From positions 1 through 35,034 of the forward strand of contig CAMDGP010000001.1 in NCBI GenBank assembly GCA_945897765.1: DNA of 35,034 bases, given 5' to 3'. The notes below the pieces were generated by a model. It was not told where the DNA came from, ran no database searches, and saw only the letters and a list, made by a program, of their open reading frames with translations. The translations under genes and the position numbers were made by a program. This DNA is from Chitinophaga pinensis. Its GTDB lineage: Bacteria; Bacteroidota; Bacteroidia; Flavobacteriales_D; Crocinitomicaceae. The number at the start of each line of letters is the position of its first letter. Within the stretch, counting starts at the first letter, position 1. Below are positions 15,906-25,490 of the stretch, piece after piece.

Positions 15906-18149
15906 CTACTTTGTTTTTAGTTTTTGATTAATAAAAAAATTGATACTTAAATAAAAATTTCTGCCTGGACTTGGCATTTCAATATTTTTCAATCGAGAAA
16001 GATGATCGATATAATTTGAGTTTAACATGTTTTTACAACCTATTTGAAGGTGTAAGGGAGTTTTGATATTCCAAATAAATCGCAAGGAAGCATCTAACAG
16101 TTGATAGGATGGACTGCGCGTTTCATTGAAAGCAACTTTGTTTTGATCAGTCATAAACGTATGTTGCACCATTACGTCTTTAAATTGAAGTTTCTTTCCA
16201 ATGTTAAAATCATAGCGAATACTATTGGTGAATCGCGCTGGTGGAATCATTGAAATACTACTGTCTGTTGCTCTTTGCGTTTGAACCCATGAAAAAGTGG
16301 ACTCAAAATGTAAGTTATGTGCAAAATGTGGATGATAGTGAATCCCAATATCACTTCCGTAAAAAAGTACTTCGTCCACTTGCTTATAATTGAAAACAGG
16401 TAAACCGTTCACAATTGAATCAACAGGTTGGATGTAAATGAAATTTGTAATTCGATTTAAAAATGGATTAACAATCAACACGAAATGTTCTCCCTTTAAT
16501 TCAAAAGTAAGATCCAATTGAATTGCTTTTTCAGCTTTTAAATTTACATCTCCTATTTCAAATCGCAAAGCCCCGTGGTGGAAACCATTAGCCAGTAATT
16601 CGGTGGAATGCGGAGCACGATAGCCTGAAGAAAGATTAGCTCTAAACGTGAAAGCAGCATTTGAATAAACAGCACCCAAAGCAGCGTTTGGACTAGCAAA
16701 AGTCTTAGTAATTGGAGCTTTTCCTTTAAAATCGGTCAAGGTCTTTAAGTAGCGTAAATCATATCGCAATCCAGCTTGAAAATTCCACTTATTTAAAGAA
16801 TAAATCCAATTAGAAAAAACGCCATTGTCAAGCGTAATCGCACTTGGAATGAGCGATTCGGTTGCTTTTGAACCATTGATATTGTTTTGAAACATTCCTT
16901 GTAAACCATTGATTACTTTCAAACTATTGGAAAAAGAATGCGACCATTTCAAATTGTAAACAGAATTCCATAAACTCATCTGTATCCCAGGAATTGTTAC
17001 TTTTTCGTCGTATTCAGTCAATTGATTCAAGGTTTGACCAAATATCAAACTCCATTCATTTTTGCCAGCAAACCATTTATTTTCAAAAGACAAATAGTGA
17101 TTATCAAAAAACTGCGCTGGAATTGTGCGTTTTCTGCGTTGAGTCGTAACCTGAAAATCAAGTGGATTGATAATCGTATCGTGTGTATGTCCTGGAATTC
17201 CACTAATTGAGTGATTGTATGAATAACGAATATGGTGGACACTGTTTTTACCATTCCAACCTAATGCAGCTTTCACAACCGATTCATTGAAACGTGAATT
17301 TTGAGCAAATTTCTTGTCTGGCAATTGAAAATCAGCGTGATTGGTATAACTTCCTCCAAGAATCCAACGGAATTTCTGATTTGATTCTTTATACAAAAAC
17401 CTTACTGCGCCTCCATTTGTGTTGGTTTGATAAAAAGATTGCAATTGCAAGGAACAAGAATTTACAGCAGCATAAGCTTCGTCGGAATAATATAAAACTC
17501 CTCCCAATGCATCTGCTCCATAAAGTAAGGAAGCTGGACCTTTAATTACCTCCACAGAACCGATTCCAATTTCCGAAATTCCCATTCCGTGGTCACCGCC
17601 CCATTGTTGTCCTTCCATTCGTAAACCATTAAGCAAACTCACAACGCGCATTCCTTGCAAACCACGAATTACTGGTTTTGAAATACCGTTTCCTAAACTC
17701 GATTGATAAACACCAGGAATTTTTGCTAAAGCTTCACCAATGTTGATACTCGCAATCCCATTCAAATCAGAAAGTTTACGTGTTTCAATATGGAACGGAT
17801 TTTTGTTCTGTTGAACAGTTATTCCGCTTGAAACCGTTATTTCTTCTAAATCTATATGTCTTTCAACAAGACTGATTTGTATTTCAGTTTGATCTTGAAT
17901 TGCAACACCAATGATTTTGGTTTCAAATCCCAATGCTGAAATACGCAATTGAATGGTTTGAGGGAAATTACCTTTGAATACAAACTGACCTTTTTCATCC
18001 GTGTAAGAACTTTCACCCGTTTCCACTATTTGAACATAAGCTTTAACCAACAATTGATTGGTAGCTTGATTTTTTACAACTCCTGAAAATTGTTTTTGAG
18101 CCATTGCAGTAAATGCAAATAACCCAACTAATAACACACTAAATTTCAT
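15906..18149 (-). CDS. TonB-dependent outer-membrane receptor with N-terminal CarboxypepD_reg-like domain
   Basis: Signal peptide, then a CarboxypepD_reg-like segment (FSGVVKNQATNQLLVKAYVQIVETGESSYTDEKGQFVFKG). Plug-domain motifs follow (ALAKIPGVY...PVIRGL...NGLRMEGQQWGGDHG...VEVIKGPASLLYGADALGGVL), then a long beta-barrel region. Confidence 0.9.
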   Translation of the reverse strand: MKFSVLLVGLFAFTAMAQKQFSGVVKNQATNQLLVKAYVQIVETGESSYTDEKGQFVFKGNFPQTIQLRISALGFETKIIGVAIQDQTEIQISLVERHIDLEEITVSSGITVQQNKNPFHIETRKLSDLNGIASINIGEALAKIPGVYQSSLGNGISKPVIRGLQGMRVVSLLNGLRMEGQQWGGDHGMGISEIGIGSVEVIKGPASLLYGADALGGVLYYSDEAYAAVNSCSLQLQSFYQTNTNGGAVRFLYKESNQKFRWILGGSYTNHADFQLPDKKFAQNSRFNESVVKAALGWNGKNSVHHIRYSYNHSISGIPGHTHDTIINPLDFQVTTQRRKRTIPAQFFDNHYLSFENKWFAGKNEWSLIFGQTLNQLTEYDEKVTIPGIQMSLWNSVYNLKWSHSFSNSLKVINGLQGMFQNNINGSKATESLIPSAITLDNGVFSNWIYSLNKWNFQAGLRYDLRYLKTLTDFKGKAPITKTFASPNAALGAVYSNAAFTFRANLSSGYRAPHSTELLANGFHHGALRFEIGDVNLKAEKAIQLDLTFELKGEHFVLIVNPFLNRITNFIYIQPVDSIVNGLPVFNYKQVDEVLFYGSDIGIHYHPHFAHNLHFESTFSWVQTQRATDSSISMIPPARFTNSIRYDFNIGKKLQFKDVMVQHTFMTDQNKVAFNETRSPSYQLLDASLRFIWNIKTPLHLQIGCKNMLNSNYIDHLSRLKNIEMPSPGRNFYLSINFFINQKLKTK

Positions 18150-18383
18150 TTAATTTTTACTTTACTTCATTGATTTGAAATAAATTACAGACTTTAACAC
18201 CAAAGTTTATTTATGCAAATTAGAAGTTAGAGATACAGAAATCACATAAAACTTGGTTTAAAACTGTAACGAGAAAGAATATTTTTTGATTTTTCCCAAC
18301 TACATAGAAGTGTATTTATCTTACTATAAAAAACACATCCATGCACTAAATTGCTTTTGAATTAAAGGAGATAGAAGGGGAAA

Positions 18384-18686
18384 TCAGCAACTACTCGGTG
18401 GTCCTCGAAGTAAAAAGGGTTGTATTGCTGCTTGTTCTTTATTCGCAATTTCGGCTAATGAAACTGCAATAAAAAGTTGTTTTTGAGGTTTAAAAAAATG
18501 AAAATTGTGAATAGTGAATGAACCTAAATCAAATTCACAAAAATTACAAGAACCGTCGTCGAAATGAGTGTCAGAATGCGAAAACTCAATTGCTTCGTGG
18601 TGATCACAATGATGCCACCAATCACGTGGCGTAAGCAACACAAAGAAACTAACTAACAATAAAACGGAAAGTATCCGGTTCTTCAT
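18384..18686 (-). CDS. 100-aa His/Cys-rich protein with N-terminal signal/anchor helix
   Basis: Start set at ATG 18686 (MKNRILSVLLLVSFFVLLTP...). This is followed by WWHHCDHHEAIEFSHSDTHFDDGSCNFCEF. The gene lies 51 nt downstream of the MoxR gene and 234 nt upstream of the receptor gene. I could not assign a family. Confidence 0.55.
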   Translation of the reverse strand: MKNRILSVLLLVSFFVLLTPRDWWHHCDHHEAIEFSHSDTHFDDGSCNFCEFDLGSFTIHNFHFFKPQKQLFIAVSLAEIANKEQAAIQPFLLRGPPSSC

Positions 18687-18737
18687 AGTGTAAAGATAGT
18701 TTAGTTTTTCAATTAGCGTTAATACCAATAATTAAAT

Positions 18738-19691
18738 TTATAATAATTCATCAATAATGCGATCCATAGAATAGCCTTCAGCCTCAGCTCTGTAATTTCT
18801 TACCAAACGGTGGCGTAAAATGGCTTTTGCAACTGATTTCACATCGTCAATATCTGGAGAATATCTTCCTTGTAAAGCTGCGTGACATTTCGCTCCAACA
18901 ATTAAATATTGAGAGGCTCTTGGTCCTGCTCCCCAAGTAATGAAATCTTTGGTTATTTGAGGGACTCCTGGATTATTGACACGTGTTTTACCAACCAATT
19001 TCACAGCGTATTCCAATACATTGTCAGCAACTGGAATGCGACGAATCAACTCTTGATAATCTATAATTTCTTCACCCGTTAAAACTTTTCGCAAGCTGAT
19101 TTTGGTATCTGCTGTAGTTGCTTTAACAATTGCCAATTCCTCTACATAGCTTGGATAATCTACCCAAATATTAAACATAAAACGGTCTAACTGAGCCTCT
19201 GGCAACGGATAGGTTCCCTCCTGCTCTATCGGGTTTTGAGTTGCTAATACGAAAAAAGGTGCTGGTAAAGTATAAGTTGTACCTGCAGCCGTTACGCGTC
19301 TTTCTTGCATTGCCTCCAAAAGTGCCGATTGTGTTTTTGGTGGTGTACGATTGATTTCATCTGCCAATAAAACGTTTGCAAACAAAGGACCTTTGATGAA
19401 TTTGAAGTTTTTAGTTTCATCTAAAATCTCTGAACCAACGATATCAGAAGGCATTAAATCTGGAGTAAACTGAATTCTGTTAAAACTCAAACCCAAAGTC
19501 TCAGCGATTGTGTTCACTAATAAAGTTTTCGCCAAACCTGGAACTCCAACCAACAAACAATGTGCGCGAGAGAAAATTGAAATCAAAACTTGATCTACTA
19601 CTGCATCTTGACCAATAATAACTTTATGAATCTCTTCCTTTAGTTCCTTGTAATGAACTACTAATCGATCAATGGCTTCTTTATCTGACAT
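18738..19691 (-). CDS. MoxR-family AAA+ ATPase
   Basis: Walker A GVPGLAKT, Walker B LLADEINR, and typical MoxR segments (IIGQDAVVDQVLISIF, FFVLATQNPIEQEGTYPLPEAQLDRF, GAGPRAS). The 317-aa length is typical. Confidence 0.9.
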   Translation of the reverse strand: MSDKEAIDRLVVHYKELKEEIHKVIIGQDAVVDQVLISIFSRAHCLLVGVPGLAKTLLVNTIAETLGLSFNRIQFTPDLMPSDIVGSEILDETKNFKFIKGPLFANVLLADEINRTPPKTQSALLEAMQERRVTAAGTTYTLPAPFFVLATQNPIEQEGTYPLPEAQLDRFMFNIWVDYPSYVEELAIVKATTADTKISLRKVLTGEEIIDYQELIRRIPVADNVLEYAVKLVGKTRVNNPGVPQITKDFITWGAGPRASQYLIVGAKCHAALQGRYSPDIDDVKSVAKAILRHRLVRNYRAEAEGYSMDRIIDELL

Positions 19692-19700
19692 ACTATTATT

Positions 19701-21059
19701 TTAGTCTGGTTTCGTTATCCAATTACTTTTAAACGTACAATTTGAGTATTCTTTATCAATTCGAATATACGCATTTCCTATTTTTGAATTCGTCCATTCT
19801 GTAACAATGCGTTGCTTTTTGTCGTTCTCCGCTGCACTTTTAATCAAAGAATAATCATCTTTTAAATTCGCAACATGAGGCTGATATCTTTCCATTAAAC
19901 GAACAATTCGAATTCCTTGTTTGCGCTCGTAAATATCTACATATAAATTTGGTGAAGTGTAATTTCCCTTTTCCATCGCATCAGTCAATAAATAAATTTG
20001 TTGATCAACTTGATTTAAATCTTCCATGTCCCAAGTTTGGTCACCTGTAATTGGATTCGTAATAATTCCTTTATTTTGTTTCGTTAATTCGTCATTTGAA
20101 AAACGCAAAACTGCATCATCCCAGGTAGTTTTGTTTTCTTTCAACAAACGATAACAACTATCCATTTTTATTGCTGATTGATTAATTGCGTCGGGACTAA
20201 ACTCAGGCATTTTCAAGATATGCTGACAGACATAATCATCACCTTTTCTTGTAACTAACTTGATTATATGGTAACCGTAAGTAGTTTCTATAATTTCAGA
20301 GATTTCTCCCACTTTCAATTGAAAAACAGCTGCTTCAAATTGTGGAACCATCATTCCTCGACTTGCTTCAATTTTCCCTCCTAATGGTGCACTTCCTGGG
20401 TCGTCTGAATTGATTCTCGCTTGCGTTTCGAAGCTTTTACCACCAACAACAATTGATTCTCTAATGTCTTTTAACTCATTGAAAGATCTCAACTTATCAG
20501 CTTTTGTGATACTTGGATAATTTACAATTTGCTGAAAACTCAATTTCATGTTGATGTACGGAATACTATCTTTCGGAAGTGATTTGAAAAATTCAGCAAC
20601 TTCTTTTGGCGTAACGGTAACGTCAGCTACAATTTTTCGCTCCATTTCTTGAGCAAGCAATTTGTCTTTAATTTGGTCTCTAAATTCTTCTTTGATTTGG
20701 GAAATGGTTTTTCCATAAAATTCCTCTAATTTCTCTCGGCTTCCCATTTTACTTTCAATAATTCTCAAACGGTTTTCCATTTCAGCATCCACTTGTTCAT
20801 CTGAAATTACCAAACTGTCTAATTTTGCTTGATTAACGAGTAATTCTCCCATCATTAATTCCTCCAAAATAGTACAATCCATTGTTCGAGATGTCGCTAC
20901 ACCTGCTTGAACTGCTTGCATTTTTTGATTTTCAATATCCGAGAGCAATATAATGTTATCGCCAACTTGTGCAATCACTTTATTAACAACTTTTCCATTA
21001 GGTTGAGCAAAGCAAGCAATTGAAAATAAGCAAAAGGAAATCGATAAGATTTTGTTCAT
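19701..21059 (-). CDS. SurA-like periplasmic peptidyl-prolyl isomerase/chaperone (parvulin domain)
   Basis: Signal peptide, a SurA-N-like region (VIAQVGDNIILLSDIENQ), and a parvulin domain (GGKIEASRGMMVPQFEAAVFQLKVGEISEIIETTYGYHIIKL). Confidence 0.85.
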   Translation of the reverse strand: MNKILSISFCLFSIACFAQPNGKVVNKVIAQVGDNIILLSDIENQKMQAVQAGVATSRTMDCTILEELMMGELLVNQAKLDSLVISDEQVDAEMENRLRIIESKMGSREKLEEFYGKTISQIKEEFRDQIKDKLLAQEMERKIVADVTVTPKEVAEFFKSLPKDSIPYINMKLSFQQIVNYPSITKADKLRSFNELKDIRESIVVGGKSFETQARINSDDPGSAPLGGKIEASRGMMVPQFEAAVFQLKVGEISEIIETTYGYHIIKLVTRKGDDYVCQHILKMPEFSPDAINQSAIKMDSCYRLLKENKTTWDDAVLRFSNDELTKQNKGIITNPITGDQTWDMEDLNQVDQQIYLLTDAMEKGNYTSPNLYVDIYERKQGIRIVRLMERYQPHVANLKDDYSLIKSAAENDKKQRIVTEWTNSKIGNAYIRIDKEYSNCTFKSNWITKPD

Positions 21060-21062
21060 GAA

Positions 21063-23021
21063 TTATTTATTACCAAGGTTGTAAAGCACCTCGTTATTTA
21101 TTTTAATTGGATATTTAGCTTTTAACTCATCCAACCAAGTTTTCTCCAAGTAGGTTTGATAATCAGAAGTTGCGATTCCTTTTGCTTCACTAAATTCTTT
21201 TGGCATTGGACTTAAAACTTCATTTACTTTCACAACGTATGTCTTACCTTCAACCTCAAACGTAGGATTTAAACCTTTATTGAATGTTCTATCTTTTAAG
21301 AAATTTGTTTGTTCGATGTCGAATTTATTCATGCGTACTTTTAAATTCAATTCTGAATCTTTATTAACCACGTCTAAAACATCTTTTGAATTGATTGTAT
21401 CGTTTTTCAACATTCCAGCCACTTTTACTGCAATATCTTTATTCAAACATTCGTAAACTGTCGCATCTAATCTTTTTGGCCACATGTAATTAGCTCTATT
21501 TTTAGAATAAAAATCCTTCAATCCTGAGGTATCTTTAACGGCTTTGTTCCATACTTTATCCGACATAATTTCATATAGGATAATTCCATCGTGGTATTCA
21601 TTTACGAGCGCTTTAAAATCAGGATATTTTGCTGGTAATAATTGCTCTTCATAGTTTAAAATTTCTGCTTTCTCCCAAGCTTTATATTGAGCCTTCACAA
21701 CTGTTTTACTTTCATCTCTTTTTATTCCACGGTAATTTTTTACTAAATAATCTGCAAAATCTTTTTGATTAAAAGACTTTCCATCTATTTTAAACAAGGT
21801 TTTATTTGATTTTAAACTTTCTGCATTCCATTTCCCTAAATAGTAAGACGAATCAAGATTACTAATAAACCATTTTAAGCTTTTATCACCTGCATATTTA
21901 TAACCGTAATTTTTCTTCAATTTGGCAACAAATGAATCCTGTGTTTTTTTAGAACGCTCGTCTTTATTCACTCTTCCTTGAAGCTCTTTTTTCATCGCTG
22001 GGTATGCAGCAACATCTTTCAATTCCAATCTTTTAACAATATGGAAACCGTAATCTGTGCGAATTGGTTTACTCATTTCTCCATCGGACTTCAAAGCAAA
22101 GGCAGCGTCTTCAAACGAAGGAACCATTCTTTGCGTTGTTCCTGAACCAAATGCAGCTAATTCTCCTCCTTTTTTAGAAGAGCTCGGATCGTCAGAATGT
22201 AAAGCAACTAAATCTTCCCATTTTTCTCCTTTGGATAGTTTTTCATATAATTCATTGATTTTTTTCTCTGCATTATCTTTCACTTCTTGTGTTGCATCTT
22301 TAGGAACTGCAACCATCAAATGAGCAGTTTTAATTGTTCCTCTTGCTGGACGTTTGTCAGTTACTTTCAAAATATGGTAACCGAATCGTGTTCTGAAAGG
22401 TTCTGAAATCGAACCCATAGCGGTTGTATACGCTTTTTCTTCAAAGGCGTAAACCATTTGAAAAGCAGTAAAAAAGCCTAAATCTCCACCATTATTTACA
22501 GCTGAAGGATCATCAGAACCACTTTTCATTTTTGCGACAGCAGCAAAATCTTCCCCTTTTTCAATGCGTTTTTTCAAAGCAATAATGCGATTATAGGCTG
22601 CTAAAGTATCTTTTGGACTAGCATTTGCGTCTACACGAACTAAAATATGTGAAGCACGAACTTCTGTTTTAATACGCTCATACGCTTGTTCAACTAAATA
22701 ACGATTTTCGACAGAATCAATCAAGTAAGGTGTTGCCAACTGTTTCTTGTAACCTTCTAGTTCCTTTTTTAATTTTGGGATTGTATCGTAACCTAAAGTT
22801 TCTGCCTCAGCGACTTTCAATTTAAATTTCTTGAACATTTCTACGTAATCATCCAACGTCTGTTTATCATATTTTGGATCATTATTGTTTTTCAAATAAA
22901 TCTGAAGAAATTCCGACTTTGTAACAGACTTACCATTGATTTCCATTACAACAGGCTCCTTTTGGGCGACTACAATCTGAACGAATAAAACACTAACAAA
23001 TAGAGAAATAATTTTTTTCAT
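21063..23021 (-). CDS. PpiC-type peptidyl-prolyl isomerase with two parvulin domains
   Basis: Signal peptide and two parvulin units (ASHILV...GGDLGFFTAFQMVYAFEE...RFGYHILKV and TAHLMV...GGELAAFGSGTTQRMVPSFEDAAF...DYGFHIVKR). The gap to the downstream SurA-like gene is 3 nt. Confidence 0.85.
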   Translation of the reverse strand: MKKIISLFVSVLFVQIVVAQKEPVVMEINGKSVTKSEFLQIYLKNNNDPKYDKQTLDDYVEMFKKFKLKVAEAETLGYDTIPKLKKELEGYKKQLATPYLIDSVENRYLVEQAYERIKTEVRASHILVRVDANASPKDTLAAYNRIIALKKRIEKGEDFAAVAKMKSGSDDPSAVNNGGDLGFFTAFQMVYAFEEKAYTTAMGSISEPFRTRFGYHILKVTDKRPARGTIKTAHLMVAVPKDATQEVKDNAEKKINELYEKLSKGEKWEDLVALHSDDPSSSKKGGELAAFGSGTTQRMVPSFEDAAFALKSDGEMSKPIRTDYGFHIVKRLELKDVAAYPAMKKELQGRVNKDERSKKTQDSFVAKLKKNYGYKYAGDKSLKWFISNLDSSYYLGKWNAESLKSNKTLFKIDGKSFNQKDFADYLVKNYRGIKRDESKTVVKAQYKAWEKAEILNYEEQLLPAKYPDFKALVNEYHDGIILYEIMSDKVWNKAVKDTSGLKDFYSKNRANYMWPKRLDATVYECLNKDIAVKVAGMLKNDTINSKDVLDVVNKDSELNLKVRMNKFDIEQTNFLKDRTFNKGLNPTFEVEGKTYVVKVNEVLSPMPKEFSEAKGIATSDYQTYLEKTWLDELKAKYPIKINNEVLYNLGNK

Positions 23022-23081
23022 TGTTTAAAATTAGGGTTTAAAAATAAATTTTTTAAAAAATTCACTTTCGATTTTTAACAT

Positions 23082-24554
23082 TTATTTAATACTATAATTT
23101 GGAGCTTCACGTGAAATAACAACATCGTGAGGGTGTGATTCTCTCATTCCAGCTGAAGACATTCTAACGAATTTTGAACCTTTTAGTTTAGCTATTGTTG
23201 GTGCTCCACAATAACCCATCCCAGCACGTAAACCTCCCATAATTTGGAACATTACTTCCATTAAATTTCCTTTGAAAGGCACACGACCAGAAATTCCTTC
23301 GGGCACTAATTTTTTTACATCGTCTTCAGCATCTTGGAAATAGCGGTCTTTTGAACCTTGTTGCATCGCTTCAATCGAACCCATTCCACGGTAAGCTTTG
23401 AATTTTCTACCTTCAAAAATGATGGTTTCTCCGGGAGATTCTTCCACTCCTGCAAACATTGATCCTAACATTACAGAGTCTGCTCCTGCAGCAATTGCTT
23501 TAACGATATCGCCTGTGTAGCGCACACCACCATCGGCAATTACAGGGATTCCTGTTCCTTCTAGTGCTTGTGCAACATCATTTATTGCTGTTAATTGTGG
23601 TACACCTACACCTGCAATTACGCGTGTAGTGCAAATTGAACCTGGACCAATTCCAACTTTAACCGCATCTGCTCCAGCTTCCACTAAATACAGTGCTGCT
23701 TCGCCAGTTGCGACGTTTCCTACAACTACATCTATCTTAGGATATTTAGCTTTTACTTCTTTGAGTTTTTCAACAACGCCTTTTGTGTGACCGTGGGCAG
23801 TATCTATTACCACAGCATCAACACCTGCTTTAACTAGAGCTGCAACACGCTCCATTGTGTCAGTAGTTACACCAACAGCTGCTGCAACACGCAATCTTCC
23901 TAGTTTATCTTTACAAGAAAAAGGATGCTGTTTAACCTTGATAATATCTCGATAAGTAATTAGTCCGATTAATTTGTTGTTTATATCTACAACAGGTAAT
24001 TTCTCAATTTTATTTTCTTGTAAAATTCCTTCTGCTGTCAAAAGATCGGTACCATCAACAGTTGTTACAATATTGTCAGAAGTCATTACCTCTGTTATAG
24101 GACGTTCTCCTTTTTTCTCAAATCTTAAGTCGCGGTTTGTAACGATACCTTTAAGGAAATTATTTTCGTCAACGATTGGAATTCCACCGATGCTATTTTC
24201 ACGCATCAACTTCATTGCATCAGCCACGACTGCTGTTTCACTTAATGTAATTGGATCGATAATCATTCCACTTTCAGAACGTTTAACTTTTCTAACGTTC
24301 ATTGCTTGCATTTCGATGGACATGTTTTTATGAATCACACCGATACCGCCTTGTTGGGCAATGGCAATCGCAAGACTTGATTCCGTAACTGTATCCATCG
24401 CAGAAGAACAAATTGGAGTATTGACAGGAATGTTTTTAGAAAAGTAACTTTTCAATTGAACATCGCGTGGCAAGACCTCCGAATAGGCAGGAACGAGCAA
24501 TACATCGTCGTAAGTAAGTCCTTCTGAAATTTGTTGAAGATTTGTTAGAGACAT
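23082..24554 (-). CDS. guaB: inosine-5'-monophosphate dehydrogenase
   Basis: 490 aa. N-terminus [20 protein letters not shown], a CBS pair region, the catalytic loop [23 protein letters not shown], and [17 protein letters not shown]...MLGSMFAG. Confidence 0.97.
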   Translation of the reverse strand: MSLTNLQQISEGLTYDDVLLVPAYSEVLPRDVQLKSYFSKNIPVNTPICSSAMDTVTESSLAIAIAQQGGIGVIHKNMSIEMQAMNVRKVKRSESGMIIDPITLSETAVVADAMKLMRENSIGGIPIVDENNFLKGIVTNRDLRFEKKGERPITEVMTSDNIVTTVDGTDLLTAEGILQENKIEKLPVVDINNKLIGLITYRDIIKVKQHPFSCKDKLGRLRVAAAVGVTTDTMERVAALVKAGVDAVVIDTAHGHTKGVVEKLKEVKAKYPKIDVVVGNVATGEAALYLVEAGADAVKVGIGPGSICTTRVIAGVGVPQLTAINDVAQALEGTGIPVIADGGVRYTGDIVKAIAAGADSVMLGSMFAGVEESPGETIIFEGRKFKAYRGMGSIEAMQQGSKDRYFQDAEDDVKKLVPEGISGRVPFKGNLMEVMFQIMGGLRAGMGYCGAPTIAKLKGSKFVRMSSAGMRESHPHDVVISREAPNYSIK

Positions 24555-24580
24555 TGAACTTATTTTTAAATAAATTCTTG

Positions 24581-24588
24581 CAAATGTA
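24581..24588 (-). promoter_or_regulatory. candidate -7 promoter box (TACATTTG on the minus strand) for guaB
   Basis: Plus-strand caaatgta is the reverse complement of TAcaTTTG, an exact TAnnTTTG match ending 27 nt upstream of the guaB ATG (24554). A TTG lies about 16 nt further upstream on the same strand, consistent with a -33 element. Confidence 0.4.
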
Positions 24589-24700
24589 ACAAAAATTCAA
24601 TTGCAAAAAACGCAGTTAAAAAGTAGGAATTTGTTAATATTCTTGAAAAAGAAAGGTTCTATTTCTAAATTGATTAAACTTGTTAGTAAAAAAACAGATT

Positions 24701-25333
24701 ATGCGCTTTTTAATTTTCACATTACTATTTTTAGCCTCTGCTCAATTATTCGCACAACGTAAAGATATTGATCAAAGTCGCATGATTCAACTCTCGGGTG
24801 TAGTTGTTTCAGAGGAAGATTTGGTTCCGATGCCCTATATTACCGTTTTTGATAAATCAATTAAAAAAGGTGTTGTTGCCGATTATTATGGATTTTTCTC
24901 CACTGTTTCTTTTCCGGGAGATACTATTTACTTTTCGTATTTTGGATACAAGACGTCGACTTATATTGTGCCGGATACTTTGAATGACGATAGATACAGT
25001 ATCATTCACATGCTTCAACCAGACACAATAAATTTACCTGAAGTGACTGTTTTTCCTTGGCCATCCCGTGAGGAATTTGCCAACTATTTTGTGAATATGA
25101 AGCCATACGATGACGCAATTAGAAGAGCACAACGAGAATTATCAGGTGAATCGTTAGCTTTTGTTGCTGCAAGATTAGATAATGACGCCTCCTTAGCTTC
25201 AGGATATGCTAGTAATCAACGCTACACGAAGTTATATACAAATGGTCAGCTTCCTGCCAATAATCTTTTGAATCCATATTCTTGGGCGAAATTGATAAAA
25301 GACTGGAAAGAAGGGAAGTTGAGTAAACAGTAG
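24701..25333 (+). CDS. CarboxypepD_reg-like domain protein (secreted)
   Basis: Start set at ATG 24701 (MRFLIFTLLFLASAQLFAQ signal peptide; the track uses an upstream TTG at 24680). It has a CarboxypepD_reg-like beta-sandwich segment (LSGVVVSEEDLVPMPYITVFDKSIKKGVVADYYGFFSTVSFPGDTIYFSYFGYKT). Confidence 0.6.
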   Translation: MRFLIFTLLFLASAQLFAQRKDIDQSRMIQLSGVVVSEEDLVPMPYITVFDKSIKKGVVADYYGFFSTVSFPGDTIYFSYFGYKTSTYIVPDTLNDDRYSIIHMLQPDTINLPEVTVFPWPSREEFANYFVNMKPYDDAIRRAQRELSGESLAFVAARLDNDASLASGYASNQRYTKLYTNGQLPANNLLNPYSWAKLIKDWKEGKLSKQ

Positions 25334-25345
25334 TTGATTTTGTCA

Positions 25346-25357
25346 GCCAGCTGACGG
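25346..25357. repeat. 12-mer GCCAGCTGACGG, copy 1 (palindromic CAGCTG core)
   Basis: Exact repeat of the 12-mer at 25491-25502. Both copies are preceded by TGTnn. It is GC-rich within an AT-rich intergenic region. Confidence 0.7.
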
Positions 25358-25374
25358 GTGAAAATGGAAATACA

Positions 25375-25480
25375 CACTGCTTAGGAATTGCGAACGGATT
25401 AATTGCGAATTGAAAACGGATTTACTCACTGTTTAGGAATTGTAAACGGATTAATTTCTAACTGGGAAAAGCGGATTTAA
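25375..25480. repeat. tandem direct repeat, two units of 52 and 54 nt, containing four CGGATT(T/A)A sub-motifs
   Basis: Unit 1 is 25375-25426 and unit 2 is 25427-25480. Their first 30 nt match at 27/30 (cactgCttaggaattgCGaacggattaatt vs cactgTttaggaattgTAaacggattaatt). CGGATT starts at 25395, 25417, 25447 and 25472. Confidence 0.7.
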
Positions 25481-25490
25481 AAATTTGTAC

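Noticed and set aside
18150-18383. Search for a promoter or operator upstream of the first TonB-dependent receptor (near-matches AAACTTTG and a GTTTAAAAC near-palindrome).
   Set aside because: There is no exact TAnnTTTG box and no convincing inverted repeat. I cannot call a Zur/Fur-type operator by eye, so it is listed only as something to test computationally.
23974-24333. 119-aa ORF antisense to guaB. The same applies to the other track ORFs nested in or antisense to large genes: 376-630, 5184-5372, 6271-6492, 6583-6771, 8926-9126, 10906-11094, 11651-11902, 14172-14357, 15061-15252, 17022-17210, 17045-17254, 17294-17545, 22057-22323, 29909-30103, 31390-31596, 31730-32026, 32289-32477, 32858-33064, 32873-33058 and 33620-33886.
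   Set aside because: All lie wholly inside longer ORFs that have clear family signatures. Their translations are low-complexity or compositionally odd and lack recognisable motifs. Long shadow ORFs are expected in AT-rich genomes with few stop codons on the opposite strand of biased coding sequence.
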